From the NCBI GenBank assembly GCA_031372065.1, contig JANMKN010000313.1, positions 1 through 20,803 of the forward strand: 20,803 bases of DNA, read 5' to 3'. Both the position numbers and the translations under genes were made by a program. The stretch comes from Abditibacteriaceae bacterium (lineage in GTDB: Bacteria; Armatimonadota; Abditibacteriia; Abditibacteriales; Abditibacteriaceae). Positions 8,865 through 15,702 of the stretch are shown here, in pieces (within the stretch, counting starts at the first letter, position 1; each line of letters opens with the position of its first letter). The notes beneath the pieces are model-generated. The model was not told the DNA's origin, ran no database searches, and worked only from the letters and a program-made list of their open reading frames with translations.

Positions 8865-8893
8865 TGGCAAAGTTTAAACCTGTTTCTTATAAT
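8865..8893 (+). promoter_or_regulatory. Candidate sigma70 promoter for the oxidoreductase operon
   Basis: TGGCAA-17 bp-TATAAT: perfect -10, weak -35, ending 34 nt before ATG 8928. Confidence 0.45.
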
Positions 8894-8927
8894 GCCTGAC
8901 AGAATCCCTCAATTGAAAGAGAAAGAC

Positions 8928-10016
8928 ATGAGCCAGAAATGGAAAGTGGTTGGCATCAGTTTCGATCATATGCACATGGGTGATTTGCTGCGGCAAGTCC
9001 ATGAACATCCGAATGCGCAAATCGCCGGAATTTGCGACGATAACCCTGATAATGCCGAAAGCGTGCAGCGCGTCATCAGCAATTTTTCAATTGCGCCGGA
9101 GCGCGTTTTTACTGATTACCGAAAGTGTCTTGAAGACACTAAGCCCGACATTGTTGTGCTTTGTCCAGCCACAGCGCGACATGGTGAATACGTCGGAAAA
9201 GTTGCGCCGTTTGGTGTTCATTTGCTGGTCGAAAAGCCGTTTGCCGCGACGCTGCAAGAAGCCGACGCCATGATTGCCGCCATGAAAAACAGTGGCAAAA
9301 CCATGATTATCAACTGGCCTCTGGCGTGGTATCCGCCGCACAACTCCAGCAAGCGTTTGATTGACGAAGGTGTTATCGGCGAGGTCATCGAAGTGCATTA
9401 TTACGATGGCAATCGCGGCCCGATGCGCCACGTTGCCGACAAAATCGAAATCAGCGAAGCCGAAGCGACGGCGCGCAAAAATGCCAGTTGGTTTTATCAA
9501 AAAGACAAAGGCGGTGGCTCGCTGCTCGATTATCTCGGTTACGGCACCACGCTTGGCACTTGGTTTCATGGCGGCGTGGCGCCTCTTGAAGTAACGTGCA
9601 TGGTGGATAGCCCCGCAGGTTTGGAAGTGGACGAACACTCGATTACGATTGCGCGCTACCAAAAAGGCCTGTCCAAATTCGAGACGCGTTGGGGCACATT
9701 TACCGATCCGTGGACAAATCAGCCGCAGCCCAAATGCGGTTTTCTTATCGTCGGCACGCAGGGCACCATTGCCAGTTACGATTACCAATCCACGATTCGC
9801 GTGCAAACGCAATCGCATCCCGAAGGTGAGGTTCTGCCCGTGGATGAACTGCCTTATGAAAAATCGAATCCTATTGCCCATTTGATTGACGTTTTAGAAA
9901 ACGGCAGCGAAATTCACGGCCCGCTAACGCCTGAAATCTGTCGCATCGGCCAACAAATCGTGGACAGCGCCGTGTTGAGCGCTAAAGAAAAACGCACTGT
10001 TGAATTGGTTAAATAG
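8928..10016 (+). CDS. Gfo/Idh/MocA oxidoreductase
   Basis: Atypical Rossmann start (GISFDHMH), VEKP, GGGSLLDYLGY. ATG 8928 preferred because ATG 8892 overlaps the -10 element. Confidence 0.88.
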   Translation: MSQKWKVVGISFDHMHMGDLLRQVHEHPNAQIAGICDDNPDNAESVQRVISNFSIAPERVFTDYRKCLEDTKPDIVVLCPATARHGEYVGKVAPFGVHLLVEKPFAATLQEADAMIAAMKNSGKTMIINWPLAWYPPHNSSKRLIDEGVIGEVIEVHYYDGNRGPMRHVADKIEISEAEATARKNASWFYQKDKGGGSLLDYLGYGTTLGTWFHGGVAPLEVTCMVDSPAGLEVDEHSITIARYQKGLSKFETRWGTFTDPWTNQPQPKCGFLIVGTQGTIASYDYQSTIRVQTQSHPEGEVLPVDELPYEKSNPIAHLIDVLENGSEIHGPLTPEICRIGQQIVDSAVLSAKEKRTVELVK

Positions 10017-10018
10017 AG

Positions 10019-10105
10019 CGCAAAATTCGCAAATCCGCGCGAATTTCCGTAAATATTTTTGGAAAAATTCGCGTGGATTTGCGAAATTTTGCGTGGATTT
10101 GCGTT
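10019..10105. repeat. Intergenic inverted repeat built of 9-10 bp CGCAAAT-type units
   Basis: 10019-10046 (CGCAAAATTCGCAAATCCGCGCGAATTT) pairs with 10065-10093 (one gap, one mismatch); an extra TGGATTTGCG unit follows. Confidence 0.8.
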
Positions 10106-10118
10106 CTATTCAAAAGTC

Positions 10119-11261
10119 ATGGCAACAAAAGACACGGATTATTCTCTGAGCGGGCAAGCGGCGCTGCAAAAAATCAAGGCGCCGAAGTTGGATTATAGGC
10201 CGCCGAAACCGAAAAATTACAACCCGAATATCGGTTTAATCGGTTGCGGCGGCATTACGGCAACGCATTTAACGGCTTACCGCGAGGCGGGTTTTAACGT
10301 TGTCGCGTTGTGCGATGTAAACCGCGAAAAAGCCGAAGCACGCCGCGAATTTTTCCCCGATGCGCAAATTTTTACCGACTACAAAGACGTTCTCAAACGC
10401 GATGACATCGAAGTATTGGACATCGCTACACATCCGCCTGAACGCGTGCCGCTTGTGCAAGAAGCGCTCAAGGCGCGCAAGCACGTTCTCAGTCAGAAAC
10501 CGTTTGTGCTTGACCTTGATACGGGCGAAAAATTGGCCGATTTAGCCGATAAAAAAAGCGTGAAATTGGCCGTCAACCAGAATGGCCGCTGGGCGCCGCA
10601 CTTTTCCTATATTCGCCATGCCGTGCAAGAAAATCTTATCGGCGATTTGCTTTCGGTTCATGTGCGCGTGCATTGGGATCATACATGGATTGAAGGCACG
10701 CCCTTTGAAAAGATTCACGACATCATCTTTTATGACTTTGCCATTCACTGGTTCGATTTCGTGGCGACGCTGTTGGGCGAACGCAAAGCGAGGCTTGTTC
10801 ACGCTTCCAAAGCGCGGGCGTGGGGGCAAAACCTACGCCCGCCGATGCTGGCGCAATCGCTGATTGAATTTGAAGGCGGGCAAGCGTCCTTAGTGTTCGA
10901 TGCACACTTACCCTACGGCGCGCAAGATTCCACTTACGTTGGTGGCACGCGCGGTAGCATCGTTTCGAGCGGCCCGAATTTAGGTGAGCAAAAAGTGAAG
11001 CTGTTTTTGGAAAACGGCATCGCCAAACCGAAATTAAAAGGCAGTTGGTTTCCCGGTGGCTTTGCCGGAGCGATGGGCGAAATTTTGTGTGCTATCGAAG
11101 AAAATCGCACGCCGCAAAACAACGCGCGCGATAATTTAAAAAGCCTCGCTCTGTGTTTCGCCGCGATTCAAGCCTCCACTTCCGGCGCGCCACAAGTGCC
11201 GGGAACTGTGCGCAAATTGCCCACAGGCGCGGTGCCTAAACAAACCAAAGGGAAGCGCTGA
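10119..11261 (+). CDS. Gfo/Idh/MocA oxidoreductase (QKP variant)
   Basis: IGLIGCGGI, SQKP, NQNGRW and DFAIHWFD. Start trimmed to MATKDTD because the upstream extension runs through the palindromic repeat. Confidence 0.9.
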   Translation: MATKDTDYSLSGQAALQKIKAPKLDYRPPKPKNYNPNIGLIGCGGITATHLTAYREAGFNVVALCDVNREKAEARREFFPDAQIFTDYKDVLKRDDIEVLDIATHPPERVPLVQEALKARKHVLSQKPFVLDLDTGEKLADLADKKSVKLAVNQNGRWAPHFSYIRHAVQENLIGDLLSVHVRVHWDHTWIEGTPFEKIHDIIFYDFAIHWFDFVATLLGERKARLVHASKARAWGQNLRPPMLAQSLIEFEGGQASLVFDAHLPYGAQDSTYVGGTRGSIVSSGPNLGEQKVKLFLENGIAKPKLKGSWFPGGFAGAMGEILCAIEENRTPQNNARDNLKSLALCFAAIQASTSGAPQVPGTVRKLPTGAVPKQTKGKR

Positions 11262-11268
11262 GATAGAA

Positions 11269-11315
11269 GGCAAATTACGCAAATTTTCAAAAATAAATTC
11301 GCGAAGATTCGCGTT
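11269..11315. repeat. Shorter degenerate copy of the CGCAAAT inverted element
   Basis: GGCAAATTACGCAAATTTT...AAATTCGCGAAGATTCGCGTT; followed by the same GCGTTCT end as the 10019 element. Confidence 0.55.
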
Positions 11316-11326
11316 CTCTGAGAAAC

Positions 11327-12115
11327 ATGAATTTCCAAAATAAAACGCTTTTCATCGTTGGCTCAACCGGCATCGGCGCGGCCACAGCGCGATTGGCGGC
11401 ACAAGCGGGCGCGGCGGTTTTTATTACCTCGCGCACCGAAGAGAACTGCCGCGCTTTGACTGACGAAATCAATGAATCCGGCGGCGTTGCTTCGTGCCTT
11501 GCCGCCGACCAAACGCAAGCTGAAAAGGTCGAAAAGGCCGTTGCCGCTTGCATCGCTGCCTTCGGAAAAATTGATGCGGCTTTCAATGTGGCGGGCATCA
11601 GCGGGCGCAAATTTGGCGACGGCCCGCTGCACGAATGTAGCGAAGACGGCTGGGATATTACGCTGGATACCAACGCCAAAGGGATGTTTTTATTTTGTCG
11701 TGCGCAACTCAATCAAATGCTGCAACAGTCTATCGGCGAAAATGGTTTGCGCGGCACGATTCTCAACATGGCGAGCGTGTTGGCTTTTTCGCCGCAGCGT
11801 GATTTTTTTGCGACCCACGCCTACGCCGCCAGCAAAGGCGCCATTATTTCGATGAGCCGCTCGATGGCTTCCTATTATGCGTCGCACAAAATTCGCGTCA
11901 ATGTCATCGCGCCAAGTTTAATTAGCACGCCGATGAGTCAACGTGCGCAAACCAATAGCGAAATTCTTGATTTGATGAAAAGTAAGCAACCGTTGGTCGA
12001 AGATTTAATTTCCGCCGAGGATGTGGCCCGCGCCGCGCTGTTTTTACTCAGCGACGAAGCGCGCGTCATCACCGGCGATGTGCTAACTGTGGATGCCGGT
12101 TGGTGTGTGAGTTAG
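11327..12115 (+). CDS. Short-chain dehydrogenase/reductase
   Basis: GSTGIG, NVAG, catalytic S...YAASK, IRVNVIAP, ITGDVLTVDAG. Confidence 0.93.
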   Translation: MNFQNKTLFIVGSTGIGAATARLAAQAGAAVFITSRTEENCRALTDEINESGGVASCLAADQTQAEKVEKAVAACIAAFGKIDAAFNVAGISGRKFGDGPLHECSEDGWDITLDTNAKGMFLFCRAQLNQMLQQSIGENGLRGTILNMASVLAFSPQRDFFATHAYAASKGAIISMSRSMASYYASHKIRVNVIAPSLISTPMSQRAQTNSEILDLMKSKQPLVEDLISAEDVARAALFLLSDEARVITGDVLTVDAGWCVS

Positions 12116-12170
12116 CTTGAAGATTCACCACAAATCATGGCCGCAAAAGGGCGCAAAAACACAAGAAGAT

Positions 12171-12198
12171 TGCTCACAGCTAAACGCTAATTGCTAAC
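12171..12198. repeat. Four degenerate heptamer repeats (nGCTAAn)
   Basis: TGCTCAC AGCTAAA CGCTAAT TGCTAAC immediately before the ROK start codon. Confidence 0.5.
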
Positions 12199-12200
12199 CA

Positions 12201-13094
12201 ATGACTTATTCCATCGGCATAGATTTGGGCGGGCGCAATATCAAGTTCGTGGCGATAACGCCGCAGGGCGAAATTCGGGCGAGGGCTACGGCGCCGACTT
12301 ATGCGGACGATAGCGATTGGGCGCAAACCATTCGCGGTTTAATCAAAAAAATCGCGGACGAGCAGGGCAGCGCGCCGCTTTGTGTGGGGCTTTCCGCTCC
12401 CGGTTTGGCGGCGCCCAATGGACGCTCAATTTTGTGGATGCAAGGGCGTCTTGAAAAAGTGCAAGGGCTGGATTGGACAAGTTATTTGGGCTTTGAAAAA
12501 ACTGTTACGGTTCTCAACGATGCACAGGCGGCTTTGCTTGGCGAAATTTGGCTCGGCTCGGCGCGGGGAGCGCGCAATGCGATTTTGCTGACATTAGGAA
12601 CTGGCGTCGGCGGCGCCATAGTGTGTGATGGACACTTACTGCGCGGTCATATCGGGCGCGCCGGGCATTTGGGACATATTTCGTTGGATGTGGATGGCGA
12701 AAAAGACATCGTGAACACGCCCGGTAGCCTCGAAGAGGCCATCGGCGATTGCACTATAGAACAGCGCAGCGGCGGACTGTTTCACTCGACGTATGATTTA
12801 GTCGAAGCGCACCGCGTGGGCGATGGCAAAGCCACGGAAATCTGGCTTCGTTCGATTAAATTTTTGGCGGCAGGCATTGTGTCGCTTGTCAACGCGGTTG
12901 ATCCTGAAATTGTAATTATCGGCGGCGGCATCGCGGCAGGCGCGGGCGATATTTTGTTCGTGCCGTTGCAAAAATATGTTGACGAATGGGAATGGCGACC
13001 TGTAGGTGAAGGCGTCCGAATCGTGCCCGCACAATTGGGCGAATATGCCGGCGCCTGTGGCGCGGCCTATGAAGCGTTGCGAGTAGCGAATTAG
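12201..13094 (+). CDS. ROK family sugar kinase (glucokinase-like)
   Basis: GIDLGG, NDAQAA, LTLGTGVGGA, GHLGH and IIGGGI; no N-terminal HTH. Confidence 0.9.
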   Translation: MTYSIGIDLGGRNIKFVAITPQGEIRARATAPTYADDSDWAQTIRGLIKKIADEQGSAPLCVGLSAPGLAAPNGRSILWMQGRLEKVQGLDWTSYLGFEKTVTVLNDAQAALLGEIWLGSARGARNAILLTLGTGVGGAIVCDGHLLRGHIGRAGHLGHISLDVDGEKDIVNTPGSLEEAIGDCTIEQRSGGLFHSTYDLVEAHRVGDGKATEIWLRSIKFLAAGIVSLVNAVDPEIVIIGGGIAAGAGDILFVPLQKYVDEWEWRPVGEGVRIVPAQLGEYAGACGAAYEALRVAN

Positions 13095-13116
13095 TCGCTC
13101 CGCTTCATTTTCTTTG

Positions 13117-13539
13117 CTATCCCAGCCAGTTTTCTGGTTTGCAGACCAACACTTCAATCGAAGTAGAATCAAAGATTTTTTGCACGGCGAAGTTGGCTTG
13201 TCGCACGATGTCGCCAAGCCCGGTGTCGGTAGAAAGTCCGCTGTTGGTGTCTTCCAGCCATATAGGAATCGGCATGAGTTCGCCTTGGACAGCGGAAACG
13301 ACTTGGCCGAGCGTGATTTCGTCGGGGCTACGCGCCAGCTTGTAGCCGCCACGCTGGCCTTTTTTGCTTTCGAGGAGGCCCGCGTTTTTCATTTCCAGCA
13401 GCACTTGTTCCAGATATTTGCGTGGAATGCCATATGTTGCCGCAATGTCGCTGATGTTGCCCCATTCGTCACGGGCGTGACAGCGAATTAAATAGGCCAA
13501 AGTTTGAAACGCGTATTTAGTGGTTTGTCCGAGACGCAT
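13117..13539 (-). CDS. Rrf2 family transcriptional regulator (CymR-like)
   Basis: TKYA, IPRKYLEQVL, LLESKKGQRGGYKLARSPDEITLG. Start trimmed to MRLGQ (140 aa). Confidence 0.92.
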   Translation of the reverse strand: MRLGQTTKYAFQTLAYLIRCHARDEWGNISDIAATYGIPRKYLEQVLLEMKNAGLLESKKGQRGGYKLARSPDEITLGQVVSAVQGELMPIPIWLEDTNSGLSTDTGLGDIVRQANFAVQKIFDSTSIEVLVCKPENWLG

Positions 13540-13546
13540 AACGCGC

Positions 13547-13555
13547 AGTCTATCA
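13547..13555 (-). promoter_or_regulatory. Candidate extended -10 element for a leaderless Rrf2 transcript
   Basis: The minus strand reads TGA-TAGACT-GCGCGTT-ATG, with no SD sequence. Confidence 0.4.
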
Positions 13556-13565
13556 AGTGCGGACA

Positions 13566-13638
13566 AGTGGTGAGCGATGAGTGAAAAGTGAAAAGTAGGA
13601 GACAGTTACTCTTCACTTTTTACTCATCACATTTCACT
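13566..13638. repeat. Inverted array of heptamers (AGTGAAA / TTTCACT)
   Basis: 13576-13597 pairs with 13607-13628 (20 of 22); each arm consists of 7-bp units. Confidence 0.8.
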
Positions 13639-14101
13639 CGTCTTCTTTGCGTTCGGCGGGCGAATGGCGCAGGATATAGCTTTCAAAGAAGGCGCGATAA
13701 GGCGAATTGGTGGCGGGAGCAATGCCGAGTTTGGTGCCTTCTTCGAGCGTTTTTTCAAGGCTCCAACCATAATCAATCGCCAGATGCAGCAGCATCAAAA
13801 TGCCGGCGCGGCCTCCTCCTGCGCAGTGCGCCACCACGGGGGGCGCGTCATCGCTGTCCACGGCTTGAATGAAGCGTTGCACGGCGGCGTCATCAATGGT
13901 TTGGGGCGTGATGGGAATGGCGGCGTAATTTAGGCCAGCACTTTCCACGAGTCGCTCTTCGTCGGGCACAGTGCCATCTTCGTCGGCGGGGCGCAGATTA
14001 ATCAGCGTGCGAAAACCCGTGGAAGGAATGTCTGTGAGTTCCTCTTCGGTGGGCTGTCCGGCAATAAACAGGTTGGGCGCGATTTGACGCAGGTTTTTCA
14101 T
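13634..14101 (-). CDS. Protein-tyrosine-phosphatase-fold protein (DUF442 / sulfurtransferase-like)
   Basis: AGQP, GFRTLINLRP..E, and HCAGGGRA (CX5R loop); GGAG RBS. Confidence 0.85.
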   Translation of the reverse strand: MKNLRQIAPNLFIAGQPTEEELTDIPSTGFRTLINLRPADEDGTVPDEERLVESAGLNYAAIPITPQTIDDAAVQRFIQAVDSDDAPPVVAHCAGGGRAGILMLLHLAIDYGWSLEKTLEEGTKLGIAPATNSPYRAFFESYILRHSPAERKEDE

Positions 14102-14241
14102 GAAATGACTCCGTTAAAACATTTCTTTTGTGACACCAATTAATTATGATGCGATAAGTGGGCTTTGGGGCAAAAAATTTGAGATTGGGCCGCTTTTTTG
14201 CGCTGTGCGGCGAGCGGTTTTCGGCAAAAGGCGTTGTATGG

Positions 14242-14250
14242 TGTTAGAAT
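14242..14250 (+). promoter_or_regulatory. Candidate extended -10 element
   Basis: TG-T-TAGAAT, ending 46 nt upstream of GTG 14297. Confidence 0.4.
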
Positions 14251-14296
14251 ATCCCGCAGTCGCAAAACCCCTTTTTCCCTATTTAAGGAGACTCGT

Positions 14297-15619
14297 GTGA
14301 ACCATCGCTTGCCTTCATCGCTGCCGCGCACGACTTTGATTTTTGGTCTGATTTGTGGCGTGTCTGCCCCGCTGATGACTGCCGTTTGTGCGCAGGATTT
14401 GCCGCCCGCTGCGGCGGGTAATATATCTGAAAGTGCGCCGATTTCTGAAGACCGCCTGAATCTGGCGACGAATCTTATCAGCGAAGCGCTGACAACAGCC
14501 GATCAAAATCCGGCAGCGCGATTATTGGCCGTTCGCGGCGCAGCGGGCCTTATTCCGCGCTTGCCGGGCGCCGCGCGCACCACTTTGTTCCGACGTTGGC
14601 TGAATTTAGTCAATTCGTCTGGCTTTTCAACCGAAGCACGTTCGCAGTCCATTTCCTCATTTTTTGATGTGGCGGCGCTGAGTAACCCGAATTTCGCTTA
14701 CGAAATCGCCAAGTCGCAGCCGCATGCCGCTGATCGTGCGGCGGGCTATCTGGCTCTCAGCGAAGTGTTTTATCACCGCAACTGGGATCGCTCGAATGAA
14801 TACGTTATGTTGGCCCAACGCGCCGCGCGGCAAGAGCAGGACGAAGTGATGCGGGCGCGCTGTCTGGCTTTTGTCGCGCAGCAAATGGCGCTTGTAAATC
14901 CTGTTGAACGTCCCGGCGCGGCGCGCGAGGCTTCAATAGCAGTGGGGCGATTGCATAACGCCAGCGAGCGCGATTATTTGATGAGCGAAGTGGTGACCGC
15001 TGCTGCCAAGTTCGATCTGCCCATGGCTCGCCAGATGGCCGGGCATATCGGCGACGAAAGATTGCGCAACATCGCCAATGCGCGCACCAATTTGTCGGAA
15101 ATTTCGCAAACCACACTCAGCGAATCTACGGCTGATCGCATTTCCAAATTAGCGAAGGCTTCGGCCCGCTACGATCAACGCGCCTTGCCGATTTTATTGC
15201 AATTGCCCGCTACGCCGGATGTCTTTCTCGCACTGAGCGATGCCTTACCACCCATCTCGCCAACAGCGACACCTTCCATTAGTCCGATGATTTTGGAACG
15301 AATGTGGAAGTTCGCCGAAAGCTCTCAACCGAGCCGTTTTCGTGATCAATTACAAAGTCGCCTTGCTCGATTGATGGTGCTACAAGACTTATGGCGCGGG
15401 CGCGCCTGGGGCCAGCAATTAGGTTGGAAAGGTGGACGCGTTCAAGTCGGCGCCTTTTTGAAAGAAGTCATCGCATATCGCCAATCCACCTTGCGTGTGG
15501 ATTCGCTTTCCGATTTGGCGAAAAACAACGTGCAACGCGCCGTCAACGAAGCGCGCACCTTGCCGCCTGTTGGCAAAGTCGAAGCGCTTTTGCTGATCGC
15601 CGGACAAGTTTTGGGCTAA
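14297..15619 (+). CDS. Hypothetical secreted all-alpha protein
   Basis: AAGGAG RBS before GTG 14297; signal-like N-terminus (AVCAQD); 440-aa Ala/Leu/Arg-rich helical pattern. Confidence 0.75.
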   Translation: MNHRLPSSLPRTTLIFGLICGVSAPLMTAVCAQDLPPAAAGNISESAPISEDRLNLATNLISEALTTADQNPAARLLAVRGAAGLIPRLPGAARTTLFRRWLNLVNSSGFSTEARSQSISSFFDVAALSNPNFAYEIAKSQPHAADRAAGYLALSEVFYHRNWDRSNEYVMLAQRAARQEQDEVMRARCLAFVAQQMALVNPVERPGAAREASIAVGRLHNASERDYLMSEVVTAAAKFDLPMARQMAGHIGDERLRNIANARTNLSEISQTTLSESTADRISKLAKASARYDQRALPILLQLPATPDVFLALSDALPPISPTATPSISPMILERMWKFAESSQPSRFRDQLQSRLARLMVLQDLWRGRAWGQQLGWKGGRVQVGAFLKEVIAYRQSTLRVDSLSDLAKNNVQRAVNEARTLPPVGKVEALLLIAGQVLG

Positions 15620-15640
15620 GAGTTTTCACCGTAAAAACGC

Positions 15641-15677
15641 AAAGACGCCGAGAGATTTTAGTTCTCTCGGCGTCTTT
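15641..15677. terminator. Bidirectional terminator between convergent genes
   Basis: AAAGACGCCGAGAGA-TTTTAGT-TCTCTCGGCGTCTTT, a perfect 15-bp stem. Confidence 0.8.
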
Positions 15678-15702
15678 TGTTGTTGAGGCTACCTTCTGCA
15701 AT

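Noticed and set aside
9087..9881. Long antisense ORFs (e.g. 9087-9881, 98-685, 15935-16528, 16725-17315)
   Set aside because: They lie opposite or out of frame within well-supported genes and have no recognisable motifs.
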